Below, piece after piece: positions 21,603-31,206 of a stretch of 64,000 nucleotides of DNA (positions are counted from its first letter, which is position 1; each line of letters begins with the position of its first letter). The translations under genes and the position numbers were made by a program. The DNA is from Patescibacteria group bacterium (GTDB lineage: Bacteria > Patescibacteriota > Microgenomatia > UBA10105 > UBA927): NCBI GenBank assembly GCA_035510735.1, contig DATKGN010000013.1, positions 128,596 to 192,595 on the forward strand. Reading direction: 5' to 3'. Below the pieces are notes generated by a model that was not told the DNA's origin, did not search any database, and saw only the letters and a program-made list of their open reading frames with translations.

Positions 21603-21791
21603 TCAATCACTACAACAGGGATCTTTGTATCCGCAGTAAGTGCATGACGCGTCTCTGCCGCCCGGCATCCCGTAAATCGTAAATTCACCGCAGGAGGGAC
21701 ACGCTCTCTTATTATATAGATGGGGATACTCCTCTATATATCCGTCGTCAGTATCAGCGGGAACGGTATCAGGGGAAAATTTGTTTTCCAT
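21603..21791 (-). CDS. Small Cys-rich CPxCG-type protein
   Basis: CPSCG...CTYCG...CC. Overlaps the 3' end of the ferredoxin gene. Confidence 0.65.
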   Translation of the reverse strand: MENKFSPDTVPADTDDGYIEEYPHLYNKRACPSCGEFTIYGMPGGRDASCTYCGYKDPCCSD

Positions 21792-22020
21792 GTTCGTCAG
21801 TAATTATGATCGCCATAACAGGACAACCCTTAGCGGCCTCAAGTAGTGCCTCATCGGTTTCTTCTTCTACTGTATCGAGAATAATCGCTTTTGCTTCATC
21901 GTCAAGCGCCCAGGCCTTGGGTGCTATAGCAATGCATGTGGCCGCTCCGATGCACAGGCTTTGATCAATCCGCATCGTGAGCTTCCGGATTTTTCGTTCA
22001 ATCTTCGGGTTATCCGCCAT
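21769..22020 (-). CDS. Ferredoxin (single cluster, probably 3Fe-4S)
   Basis: CIGAATC...CPVMAI. The second cluster Cys is replaced by Ala. Confidence 0.9.
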   Translation of the reverse strand: MADNPKIERKIRKLTMRIDQSLCIGAATCIAIAPKAWALDDEAKAIILDTVEEETDEALLEAAKGCPVMAIIITDEHGKQIFP

Positions 22021-22049
22021 AGGTTTAGTTTATACAGTAAAGAGACAAA

Positions 22050-22418
22050 CTATTTCAATGCTAAAATCGCTTTATGCAGAACTTCAAGAGACAGAGTTGC
22101 GCAGCGCATCCGCGACGGAGTCAGTGTCGTCCCCAGCATTTCCGTAATATCCTCTGACGTTAATGAAAGTGCAGTTTTAACGTTCATACTCCTCACTTTA
22201 TCAGTAAGCATAGATGCGGAAGCCTGGCTTATCGCACATCCCTCTCCCGAAAACCGAATATCGGTAATTTCCTTTTTTTTATTTACGTTTATTTCCATAC
22301 TAATGCGGTCCCCGCACGTCACGTTGCCTTCTTCAATACTACTGTCCGGTTTTTGAAGATGACCGAAGTTATGAGGGTTTTTATAATGATCAAGGATTAT
22401 TTCGCGATATATATCCAT
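22050..22418 (-). CDS. sufU: SufU/IscU-like Fe-S scaffold or sulfur-transfer protein
   Basis: IILDHY.NP.N, TCGD, GCAISQAS and RMRCA. The upstream ATG at 22436 lies inside a repeat. Confidence 0.9.
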   Translation of the reverse strand: MDIYREIILDHYKNPHNFGHLQKPDSSIEEGNVTCGDRISMEINVNKKKEITDIRFSGEGCAISQASASMLTDKVRSMNVKTALSLTSEDITEMLGTTLTPSRMRCATLSLEVLHKAILALK

Positions 22419-22430
22419 AATGTTCTTCCC

Positions 22431-22559
22431 TGTCATCCCCGACCTGCTTCGCCCATCGTAGCCTTGGCGAAGTTGGGATCGGGGATTGGTTTTTAGATTT
22501 AATCAAAATACATATCGATTCCTACCTGCCTACCTGCGCAGGCAGGAGCGGGAATGACA
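22431..22559. repeat. TGTCAT...ATGACA-bounded REP-like double hairpin with nested hairpin inserts
   Basis: ATCCCCGA/TCGGGGAT and ATTCC/GGAAT arms. Inserts CCCATCGTAGCCTTGGCGAAGTTGGG and CCTGCCTACCTGCGCAGGCAGG. Confidence 0.75.
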
Positions 22560-22569
22560 ACGGATAGAT

Positions 22570-23799
22570 TTACTTAAATACTCTAATTACTTTTTCAAGT
22601 CCTTTTACAAAAATATCGACATCGGCTTTCGTCGTGTACACATAGAACGACGCGCGAGCGGTAGCAGCGATTCCCATAGAAATGTGGAGCGGCATAGCAC
22701 AATGATTGCCTGACCTAATACATATATTATCCTCGTCCAGAATCTGCGCCACATCATGGGCGTGTGCTTGTTTCAGGGTAAATGCGATAACCCCGCTCTT
22801 TTGCTTGACATCCGAAGGACCATAGAGCGTTAATCCTGAAATCGTTTTCATTTGGGTAAGTGCATAGGAAAGAATTTCTTTTTCATGGTCTCTTACGTTG
22901 TCCATCCCCAAAGCCGAAAGGTAGTCAATAGCTGCGCCAAACCCGATGACGCCGGCAATGTGTGGAGTTCCTGCTTCAAACTTGTGTGGTGTTTTTTTAA
23001 ATAATGTTTTATCTATTCTCACCTCTTCAATCATTTCTCCTCCGAATTGATACGGCGACATCTGTTCAAGTAACTCGTATTTTCCCCACAAAACTCCAAC
23101 ACCTGTCGGGCCCAACATCTTATGCGACGAGAAAGCGACAAAATCAGCGCCCCACTCGCCAACATTAACAGGCATATGAGGAACCGCCTGAGCCGCATCC
23201 ACAAGCACTAAGCAACCAGGATTCAATTTTTTAACGATTTTAACTATTTGCCCTATTGGGTTGATTGTGCCTAAAACATTGGATACAGCTGTAATTGCGA
23301 GTAATTTTGTTCTTCGAGTAATTAATTTATCCAAATCCTTTAAATTAAGCAATCCTTGTTGATTATTTTTCCAAAAATCGAGTTTCCATCCGTTAATCAA
23401 TCCAAGCTGCTGCCATGGAACGAAGTTTGAATGATGTTCCATAATCGAAACAACGATATGATCTCTTTTTTTCATTTCGTGTTTCGACAAACTTGAGGCA
23501 ACGAGATTAATTGATTCCGTTGTGTTCCTTGTAAAAATTATCTCATCGGATGTTGAGGCTCCGATGAATCGGGCTACTTTTCCACGAACGGATTCATACT
23601 CGAGAGTTGCTTTCTCCGATATCTGATAAATTCCGCGGAATATATTTGCTGAATATTTTTCATAATACTCATTTTCCTTGTTAATAACCGACTGCGGTTT
23701 TAATGAAGTTGCTGTCGAATCCAGGTAAACAATAGGTTTGCCGTTAATTTTTTTATCAAGTAAAGGAAAATCTTTTCGAATCGAGCCGATATCCAACAT
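22570..23799 (-). CDS. sufS: Cysteine desulfurase
   Basis: YLDSTAT, SSHKMLGPTG and RSGNHCA. Confidence 0.96.
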   Translation of the reverse strand: MLDIGSIRKDFPLLDKKINGKPIVYLDSTATSLKPQSVINKENEYYEKYSANIFRGIYQISEKATLEYESVRGKVARFIGASTSDEIIFTRNTTESINLVASSLSKHEMKKRDHIVVSIMEHHSNFVPWQQLGLINGWKLDFWKNNQQGLLNLKDLDKLITRRTKLLAITAVSNVLGTINPIGQIVKIVKKLNPGCLVLVDAAQAVPHMPVNVGEWGADFVAFSSHKMLGPTGVGVLWGKYELLEQMSPYQFGGEMIEEVRIDKTLFKKTPHKFEAGTPHIAGVIGFGAAIDYLSALGMDNVRDHEKEILSYALTQMKTISGLTLYGPSDVKQKSGVIAFTLKQAHAHDVAQILDEDNICIRSGNHCAMPLHISMGIAATARASFYVYTTKADVDIFVKGLEKVIRVFK

Positions 23800-23821
23800 A
23801 AGAAATTAGAGAGAAAGTGCC

Positions 23822-24130
23822 TTATATATCGATGAACACTTCGCCATTTTCTACCTTAACCTTGTATGAGGCAACATCTGTGGGTGCGGGAAGAGAAAGA
23901 ACTTTACCGCTTGTCATATCAAACTGTGCACCGTGGCATCCGCAGGTTACGACATTACCGTCCAAAAAACCATCAGTACCCAGCGAACACTGTTCATGAG
24001 AACACGTATCGTCAATCGCAAAAAATTCGTCGTCAATATTGGCTAGGGCTATTTTTTTTCCACCAAGAACGACGGTCTTTTTCATACCGCTCGGGAGATC
24101 CCTTACGTTTAGTGCTTTAGTAAATGCCAT
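23822..24130 (-). CDS. Rieske-type 2Fe-2S ferredoxin
   Basis: CSH...CGCHGAQFD. Confidence 0.92.
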   Translation of the reverse strand: MAFTKALNVRDLPSGMKKTVVLGGKKIALANIDDEFFAIDDTCSHEQCSLGTDGFLDGNVVTCGCHGAQFDMTSGKVLSLPAPTDVASYKVKVENGEVFIDI

Positions 24131-24137
24131 ACGATGA

Positions 24138-24779
24138 TTATATCGCCCTTTCGATTGTTTGCCAAAGGTCCTCTCTGAATTTTTGGTTATCTACCCGATC
24201 CAACGCGCTTTTCAAAAATCCGGAAACAATAAGCCGGGCTCCTTGAGCCTCGGATATTCCCCGGGTTTTAAGATACCATAACTCTTCGTCAGATACCGGC
24301 CCGACTGTTGCCCCGTGCGTACAACGGACATCGTTTGCAAGAATCTCAAGCGAAGGCTTACTTTCTGCATGTGCGTGCTCTGAGAGTAGAATGTTTTCAT
24401 TCCTCTGATATGCGTCGGTCTTTTGGGCATCTTTTTCTACTCGGATCCCGCCGTCGACAACACACTGTGCTTCATCATCAAGAACAGTTTTAATAAGAAG
24501 GTTGCTCGTGCCGCTTGGCCCCCCATGAATTTGCATCGTGTGAATATGTACTTGAGACTTCCCCGAGGCCACAATAATGCCGATAATCGTCGCGACCGCA
24601 TTACGCCCGGTTAACCTTACGGTAACGTCTGTATTAACAGATTTTGTATGAAGCGCCAATAATACCAGGGTTAAGTCTGAGTCTGCTGAAACGGTAAAAT
24701 TGTGCGTACTTTCACCGTCAGTAATATGTTTAATGACTATTTTCTTATCCGGTAGTGTTGACTCTTTTTTTGCTTTCAT
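24138..24779 (-). CDS. sufD: SufD (short form, C-terminal beta-helix only)
   Basis: PSLEILANDVRCTHGATVG and YLKTRGI. Confidence 0.9.
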   Translation of the reverse strand: MKAKKESTLPDKKIVIKHITDGESTHNFTVSADSDLTLVLLALHTKSVNTDVTVRLTGRNAVATIIGIIVASGKSQVHIHTMQIHGGPSGTSNLLIKTVLDDEAQCVVDGGIRVEKDAQKTDAYQRNENILLSEHAHAESKPSLEILANDVRCTHGATVGPVSDEELWYLKTRGISEAQGARLIVSGFLKSALDRVDNQKFREDLWQTIERAI

Positions 24780-24811
24780 ACATCATTTTTTACCTATCCG
24801 ACTGAACCTTC

Positions 24812-24856
24812 TCCCTCGATAAATCTCGGGATTTCGTCCCGCACTGCGGGACTCAA
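24812..24856. repeat. Two adjacent REP-like hairpins
   Basis: TCCCTCGATAAATCTCGGGA and GTCCCGCACTGCGGGAC. The first matches the hairpin at 37397-37415 in inverted orientation. Confidence 0.7.
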
Positions 24857-24859
24857 CAT

Positions 24860-26251
24860 TCATCCAACTGAACCCTCCATCTGTAACTGTATTAATCTGT
24901 TCATTTCGACGGCGTATTCTAGCGGCAGTTCTTTAACGATCGGCTCAATAAATCCGTTCACGATCATCGATTCTGCCTGTGCTTTGGCAATCCCCCGGCT
25001 CTGTAAATAAAACAGTTGCTCGTCACCGATTTTTGATACCGTCGCCTCGTGTTCAATCTGAACACTTTGCTCATCAATTTTCATGGTCGGGTACGTATCG
25101 GATCTTGATGTCTCATCAAGGAGAAGCGCATCACACACGACTTTACTTTTCACATGTTTTGCGCCCGGATACACCTGCACTAGCCCCCGGTATGAAGTCC
25201 TTCCGCCCGATTTACTAATGGACTTTGAAATAATCTGAGAAGTCGTCTCTGAAGCCGCATGAATCATCTTCCCGCCCGCATCCTGATGCTGTCCACGACC
25301 TGCATAGGCAATGGATAATACTTCTCCATGTGCTTTACGGCCCATGAGATAGACGCTCGGATATTTCATTGTCAGTTTACTGCCGAGGTTGCCGTCAACC
25401 CACTCCATTATCCCTTCTTCCTCAACACGTGCGCGTTTCGTCACAAGATTGTAAACATTCGTACTCCAATTCTGAATAGTCGTATACCGAACACGCGCGC
25501 CCTTCTTAACAATAATTTCAACAACCGCACTATGAAGAGAATCAGTGGTATAAATAGGCGCCGTACAACCTTCAACATAATGAACGAAGCTTCCTTCGTC
25601 CGCGATAATAAGCGTCCGCTCGAATTGTCCCATATTTGCAGCATTAATGCGGAAGTATGCCTGAAGCGGTAAATCGACATGAACGCCCTTCGGTATATAT
25701 ACAAACGACCCGCCTGACCAGACACTGCTGTTTAACGCTGCAAATTTATTATCCGCCGGCGGGATAACGGAGCCGAAATATTGTTTTACAATCTCAGGAT
25801 ATTCCCGAAGTCCCGAATCCATATCGAGAAAAATAACGCCCTTTTTATGCAGAAGCGCATTTATACTCTTATAGACTACTTCTGATTCGTACTGAGCGCT
25901 TACTCCAGACAAAAACTTTTTTTCGGCCTCAGGGATGCCGATGCGGTCATAGGTATCTTTAATTTCAGCGGGCAGATCACTCCAAGATTTTGCTCTATCC
26001 ATTATCGGCTTGATGTAATAATAAATGTTATCAAATTGAATGCCAGAGAGATCTCCTCCCCACGTCGGAAGCTTTTTTGCAAGATAATATTGGTAGCTTT
26101 TCTCACGGAACGCAGTCATCCAAGCAGGCTCGCTCTTATGCCAGCTTATGTTCCGAACCACATCATTATCCAGACCCCGCTTCGACTTAAAGACGTAGTT
26201 CTCCTTCTTATGAAATCCGTATTTATACGTATCATCGATTATTGTCTTCAT
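24860..26251 (-). CDS. sufB: Fe-S assembly protein SufB
   Basis: [17 protein letters not shown] and HEATVSKIG...EGSVG. The start was placed at ATG 26251. Confidence 0.97.
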   Translation of the reverse strand: MKTIIDDTYKYGFHKKENYVFKSKRGLDNDVVRNISWHKSEPAWMTAFREKSYQYYLAKKLPTWGGDLSGIQFDNIYYYIKPIMDRAKSWSDLPAEIKDTYDRIGIPEAEKKFLSGVSAQYESEVVYKSINALLHKKGVIFLDMDSGLREYPEIVKQYFGSVIPPADNKFAALNSSVWSGGSFVYIPKGVHVDLPLQAYFRINAANMGQFERTLIIADEGSFVHYVEGCTAPIYTTDSLHSAVVEIIVKKGARVRYTTIQNWSTNVYNLVTKRARVEEEGIMEWVDGNLGSKLTMKYPSVYLMGRKAHGEVLSIAYAGRGQHQDAGGKMIHAASETTSQIISKSISKSGGRTSYRGLVQVYPGAKHVKSKVVCDALLLDETSRSDTYPTMKIDEQSVQIEHEATVSKIGDEQLFYLQSRGIAKAQAESMIVNGFIEPIVKELPLEYAVEMNRLIQLQMEGSVG

Positions 26252-26257
26252 AATAAT

Positions 26258-26536
26258 GCGCGAGGAGGCATACAATTTGCAGCACCGTCACGCGCCGGGA
26301 AATATCCCCTGTTCACGCGCTTTTGGTCGCCATAAAATTTAGATCCGGTCTTCTGTTCGCTCACGAAATAATGATAACTTGGTCCATTCTGTTCATCTCG
26401 TTCGCAAGTGAATCCGGACTAAATTTTATAGACTCCCCGCGCGACAATTCGCTCTATTCAATCAATATAACGCTAGCTTTGACGGATATCCCTGATCCTG
26501 AGATCCGGGATCTAAGGACGCACAAATTGCATGCCG
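26258..26536. repeat. Dispersed ~280-nt structured non-coding element, copy 1 (between sufC and sufB)
   Basis: Long near-identical blocks shared with 37248-37550. End arms GGCATACAATTTG/CAAATTGCATGCC and internal stems. Confidence 0.85.
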
Positions 26537-26537
26537 A

Positions 26538-27356
26538 CTAAAGCGCAGGCAAATATTTTTCGTACCCCTCATCCTCAATCTCTTTTGCTAAATTTGCTTT
26601 CCCGCTTTTTACAATTTTCCCTTTAACGAGAATATGAACAACGTCGGGCCGCAGGTATTTCAGTATCCTCTGATAATGCGTAATGATAATGACGCCGGTT
26701 CCCCTTTTGGAAAGTAGCGAAATACCCCTTGCCACAACTTTCAGGGCGTCAACATCAAGCCCCGTATCGATCTCATCGAAAATCGCAAATTTCGGAGATA
26801 AGGTAAGTGCCTGCAGCATTTCTACCTTTTTCTTTTCCCCTCCTGAAAATCCGTCATGAATCCCGCGCGAAAGAAAACTCTCGTCAAGATTGAGTTCTGC
26901 AGCGTTCTTCTTTATAACGTTCATAAAATCCAGAATGGATATGCTTCCGCCGTTCCAACGTCGCGCCAAAAGCGGATTCTGAACATTTTTCTCTTTTGCG
27001 GCCGGCTTACTGCCGAATAATTCTTGATACGAAGTCCGGAGCAAATTTATGACGCTCACACCCGGAACGGCTATCGGGGACTGCAAGGCCAAAAATAGTC
27101 CCGCTTTCGCCCGCTCTTCTGTCGGAAGCAATAAAATATTTTTTGCATTAATAAGCACTTTGGAAAGCTTCTTATCGATTTCGTAGGCGGGGTGACCCAT
27201 GAGTGCATAAGCGAGCGTCGACTTACCGCTTCCGTTTGGCCCCATCACCGCATGAATTTCGCCGGAGGCAACCGAAAAGGATATACCGCTTAATATCTCT
27301 TTATGGTTTATGCTGGTATGAAGGTCTTTAACCGATAAAACGTCGTGACTCTGCAT
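26538..27356 (-). CDS. sufC: Fe-S assembly ATPase SufC
   Basis: GPNGSGKST, GFSGGEKKK and DEIDTGLDVD. Confidence 0.96.
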   Translation of the reverse strand: MQSHDVLSVKDLHTSINHKEILSGISFSVASGEIHAVMGPNGSGKSTLAYALMGHPAYEIDKKLSKVLINAKNILLLPTEERAKAGLFLALQSPIAVPGVSVINLLRTSYQELFGSKPAAKEKNVQNPLLARRWNGGSISILDFMNVIKKNAAELNLDESFLSRGIHDGFSGGEKKKVEMLQALTLSPKFAIFDEIDTGLDVDALKVVARGISLLSKRGTGVIIITHYQRILKYLRPDVVHILVKGKIVKSGKANLAKEIEDEGYEKYLPAL

Positions 27357-27410
27357 ATATATAATAAAGAAGGTGTAATAACCATCTATTATACAGTTTT
27401 GTAATATATA

Positions 27411-28199
27411 TTACAGTTTTGAACTTACAATATCATTTTTCCCCATAAAAACTTCCGTGAGGCCATGCATTCGGAGGATAAAATATTCATTCAATAAAAG
27501 TGGATTATTTTTGATACTCAAAAACTGTTTTATTTCGGCCTCCTGACTAATATGAGATAAGAGCGCTTTCTTTTTTACGCCCCCAAGCGTTTTAATTGAA
27601 ATAACAGTCGTAATAAATTTATCCTCCGTTCCCCGCCACGGCATTCCATATGATTCGGCGGGTATGATTTTCTTCTTCAACAGATATTGAGCCACGGTCT
27701 TTGGCATACATGCGTAATACAGTTTGGGCTCAGATTCCTCATCAAAGTCTTTCAGATTTTTCAATTGATTATGGACCCATAGGGCATATTTTTGAAATGC
27801 AAATGTCGTTGCATAACAAATTTTCACATGATCTGGATGATTGCTTATTCCCGTCGTATCGTACGTAATAATGCAGTCTGGAATGAGTTCTTCCAATTTC
27901 TCGTAAATTTTATCTTCAAGCTCTCCCGGTTGTTCTTCCGCAAGTTTTCCGTCCTTATAACCCAAAAACGTAAGACTCGATATACCGAGTAACGTTGCGG
28001 CAGCTTCCAGTTCCTTCTGCCGTATCATCCCCAGATGTTCGTCGCCTGCCTTCTCATACGGTCCTGAATGCCCTGCTTCCCCACGGGTAGCACAGAGTAA
28101 ATCCACCTGCCAGCCTGCTTTCACGTATTTCGCTACAGTTCCTGCCGCCGAATATGATTCATCATCGGGATGTGCAAACACCAAAAGCATCTTTTTCAT
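27411..28199 (-). CDS. PIG-L family deacetylase
   Basis: AHPDDE, ATRGEAG, HPDH and H.SQ. Confidence 0.9.
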   Translation of the reverse strand: MKKMLLVFAHPDDESYSAAGTVAKYVKAGWQVDLLCATRGEAGHSGPYEKAGDEHLGMIRQKELEAAATLLGISSLTFLGYKDGKLAEEQPGELEDKIYEKLEELIPDCIITYDTTGISNHPDHVKICYATTFAFQKYALWVHNQLKNLKDFDEESEPKLYYACMPKTVAQYLLKKKIIPAESYGMPWRGTEDKFITTVISIKTLGGVKKKALLSHISQEAEIKQFLSIKNNPLLLNEYFILRMHGLTEVFMGKNDIVSSKL

Positions 28200-28264
28200 A
28201 CAACGTATAGTATCATTCACCATAAAACAAAGAAAGTGACTATGATTAATGATACAATCTACTC

Positions 28265-29152
28265 ATGAAAACGATCCCCATCGAATATCCGACTGATTGG
28301 ACTGATTATGAGCTTCTGGATTCGGGCGGCGGAGAAAAATTGGAGCGATTCGGTGATTATATGCTTGTTAGGCCCGATCCAAGAGCACTTTGGCAAAAAA
28401 ATCTAGAAGAGAAAATTTGGAATAATGCTGACGCCACCTATCACCGGACCGACCCGAAAACTGGCATGTGGACAACCAAAAAAACTGCTCCGAATTCCTG
28501 GAAAGTCATTTATCATGATATGACCTTCGGCCTACGCCCGACCGAATTTAAGCACGTCGGAGTATTTCCGGAACAAGCGGTCAACTGGAATTGGATTCAA
28601 CAACAAATTAATGGAAAACCTTTAAATGTTCTTAACCTCTTCGCCTATACTGGTGGAGCGACAATGGCCGCGGCCTCTGCCGGCGCCAAAGTTACTCACC
28701 TTGACGCAGTCAAAAGCACGATCACCTGGGCGCATGAAAACATCAGAGAATCGGGACTTGATAATAAACCAATCCGCTGGATAGAAGACGACGCCTATAA
28801 GTTTGTTAGCCGCGAAGCCAAGCGCGGAAATACCTATGACGGAATAATTATGGATCCGCCCAAATTCGGACGGGGCTTAAAAGGCGAGGTTTGGAAACTG
28901 GAAGATGACTTACCCAAGCTCCTTAACCTTTGTATACAAATTCTATCCACTAAACCGGTATTCGTCCTCGTTAATGCCTATACTGCTGATATTTCCTCAG
29001 TCGTCCTTTTCAACATGCTTAGCGGCTTAATGAAGGACGCTAATGGGAACACGACACACGGTGAATTGGCTTTGAAGGAATCAAAAACCGACAGACTCCT
29101 CCCGAACGGTATCTTCGTCCGCTGGTCCTCTACTTCTGCGCAACCACAATAA
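28265..29152 (+). CDS. Class I SAM-dependent methyltransferase (RlmI/K-related)
   Basis: HVGVFPEQ, LNLFAYTGG and IIMDPPKFGRG. Confidence 0.9.
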   Translation: MKTIPIEYPTDWTDYELLDSGGGEKLERFGDYMLVRPDPRALWQKNLEEKIWNNADATYHRTDPKTGMWTTKKTAPNSWKVIYHDMTFGLRPTEFKHVGVFPEQAVNWNWIQQQINGKPLNVLNLFAYTGGATMAAASAGAKVTHLDAVKSTITWAHENIRESGLDNKPIRWIEDDAYKFVSREAKRGNTYDGIIMDPPKFGRGLKGEVWKLEDDLPKLLNLCIQILSTKPVFVLVNAYTADISSVVLFNMLSGLMKDANGNTTHGELALKESKTDRLLPNGIFVRWSSTSAQPQ

Positions 29153-29864
29153 GCTTCGTGCTGAGCTGTTTAGAATACGGGCTAAAATCATAATCCCCGT
29201 AATAAAAAACGTTGCGGAATAACGTCTGCCCGAAGCAGCGCTCAAGAACAGCTTTTCGCATGGCGTTATATGTCACGGATGTAAATGTATGTTCCATTGA
29301 ATCTTCCGTCTTCTTCACATATAAGATGTGAAAAGTAAACTCCTTTTCATTCGGGTATTCGACGACGAAATAAAACCCCTCATTCTCAAGCGTCCTGGCT
29401 GGGATAAATTTCGGCTTCGAGTCGAGGAGCGCGTCGGTTATCCCGTTCGTTATAACCAAAATTCCGTTATCGCTTAACCGGTCATATATGGAGCTTAGCG
29501 CCCGGACGACATCTTCATCGGTCTTCATGTGAGGCAGGCTGGTCGTCAGACATCCGATCATGTCAAATGTATCACCCCAACTATGATCAAGAGTACGGAA
29601 ATCTTCCACCTTGAGGGGTATATACTTTCCTTCCAGATTTTTCTTTGCCATTGCAAGCATCTCCGGTGATATATCCGATCCGAAAGAGGTAAGCCCCATA
29701 TCATGAAACATCGAAAGGTGCCATCCAGTACCACATGCGCAATCTAAAACCCGGCTTACTGAATAATCTCCGACAAGTTTTTCGAAGAAGGATTTTTGGG
29801 CAAAAATTTCCTCTTTGGGATTGAGGATATCGTACACGTCAGCAAGAATTTTATATTCGTCCAT
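29130..29864 (-). CDS. Class I SAM-dependent methyltransferase (glycine/sarcosine N-methyltransferase-like)
   Basis: VLDCACGTG, GSDISPEML and CLTTSLPH. Confidence 0.85.
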   Translation of the reverse strand: MDEYKILADVYDILNPKEEIFAQKSFFEKLVGDYSVSRVLDCACGTGWHLSMFHDMGLTSFGSDISPEMLAMAKKNLEGKYIPLKVEDFRTLDHSWGDTFDMIGCLTTSLPHMKTDEDVVRALSSIYDRLSDNGILVITNGITDALLDSKPKFIPARTLENEGFYFVVEYPNEKEFTFHILYVKKTEDSMEHTFTSVTYNAMRKAVLERCFGQTLFRNVFYYGDYDFSPYSKQLSTKLIVVAQK

Positions 29865-29880
29865 AGGGGCAGAACGTTTT

Positions 29881-30147
29881 TTACTCAACGTCACCGTTCT
29901 CTTTAATTTTTTCGTCTTCGTACGGCCCGACTACGTGCCTGTATAATTCCTGTGTTACCGCTGATAATACGCCCAACGCGCGGTTCAGGTGGCGGTATCT
30001 TTTGGGGTATATGTGTTTTATCATCCGCGTTATCGTATAGTTTAGGGCTCCGTCCTGTTCCTCAAACGGGAGGCTGGCCAAATGTTTGATGACGGGGTCC
30101 ATTTCGCGGTCAAGAACGGGTCTTTGATCTTTGGGTATGTACGGCAT
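29881..30147 (-). CDS. Conserved small hypothetical protein
   Basis: MPYI...GALNY.IT...ELYR.VVGPYED.KI.ENGDV pattern. Confidence 0.75.
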   Translation of the reverse strand: MPYIPKDQRPVLDREMDPVIKHLASLPFEEQDGALNYTITRMIKHIYPKRYRHLNRALGVLSAVTQELYRHVVGPYEDEKIKENGDVE

Positions 30148-30327
30148 ATATATCCATCTTACTCAGATTTGTCCTATATGTCATGCTACATACTTACGTA
30201 GCATAGACATAAGGATCCTACATATTATTTATACGGACAACTTTCAGTGAAAAATCTGATTAGATGGGTTTATACTCAAAAACTATCGCTCAAACCTGAG
30301 TTTTTGTAGTATATCTCTACTTTAACA

Positions 30328-31206
30328 CTATTTCGTGCCTTTTCCCATAATCTTGATGACCTCGGAAAAGTCGGCGTCAGCTAATCCTTGATCCATAGCG
30401 GTATCATAAAATTTCCGTACACGGTCAAATATCGGTAAAGTAACTAATTGTTTCTTTAACTCAACGGCCGCTAAATTTACATCTTTATCCATATTGCTCA
30501 TAGAAAATAAGAGCGGATAGGTATCGGAAACAAAATTCGGCGCCTTCAAGGTCATCATAGGTGACATAGCCGGAACCGATCTCAATGTTTCTTCAACTTT
30601 CTTCCTCGGCAGTCCCACCGCGTCCGCAAGGAACATCCCCTCAGCAAGGGACGCGATGGTTGCGGCGATAAGGTAATTATTGATAAGTTTTACTGCCTGG
30701 CCGCTGCCCATAGCTCCAACATAATTCAAATTTGTGCCCATTGCTTCAAATACTTCGCGAACGCGCTCGTAATCTCGCTTTTTTCCACCGATGAATATAG
30801 TCAATTCGCCGGTAATTGCCTTCGGAGTACTACCGGTAACCGGTGCATCTAAAAATGAAACTTTGCTAACGGCGAGTTTCTTACTAATTAGTCTTGCCGC
30901 CGAAGGCCCGATAGTTTCCATATCAATAACCGTTAATCCCTCGTGTTTACCTTCAACGACTCCGTCTTTACCAAATAACACGCTGTTCACATCTTTCGGG
31001 CCGGTTACCATAGTAATAACGACATCGCTCATCCCGGCAAGTTCTTTCGGCGTTTTGGTAACATTTGCTCCTAGTTTTTTTAATTCCTTAGTTTTTGAAA
31101 ATGTCCTGTTATAGATAGTCAATGGGAATCCCCTTTTTAGGATATTTTTTGCCATCGGATTACCCATGAGACCAAGTCCGATAAATCCGACACGTAATTT
31201 TTTCAT
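30328..31206 (-). CDS. NAD(P)-dependent beta-hydroxyacid dehydrogenase family protein
   Basis: GFIGLGLMG, FLDAPVTG and VKLINN. Confidence 0.92.
   Translation of the reverse strand: MKKLRVGFIGLGLMGNPMAKNILKRGFPLTIYNRTFSKTKELKKLGANVTKTPKELAGMSDVVITMVTGPKDVNSVLFGKDGVVEGKHEGLTVIDMETIGPSAARLISKKLAVSKVSFLDAPVTGSTPKAITGELTIFIGGKKRDYERVREVFEAMGTNLNYVGAMGSGQAVKLINNYLIAATIASLAEGMFLADAVGLPRKKVEETLRSVPAMSPMMTLKAPNFVSDTYPLLFSMSNMDKDVNLAAVELKKQLVTLPIFDRVRKFYDTAMDQGLADADFSEVIKIMGKGTK

Noticed and set aside
24838-24862. sufB TGA plus the downstream hairpin as selenocysteine recoding
   Set aside because: EGSVG is the normal SufB terminus, the position is not a Cys site, and the hairpin matches the REP family.
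26258-26536. The 280-nt element as a group II intron, group I intron or yybP-ykoY riboswitch
   Set aside because: The minus strand has GTGCG near one end and GGGGAGT...GACC, but there is no domain V, no ordered P7 pairing and no yybP L3 motif. Copy 2 is not upstream of any gene.
26323-26541. Short ORFs sharing VAIKFRSGL (26323-26541 and 37259-37441) as a paralogous peptide family
   Set aside because: The similarity comes from the DNA repeat. An indel shifts the frame between copies, and starts and stops are not conserved.
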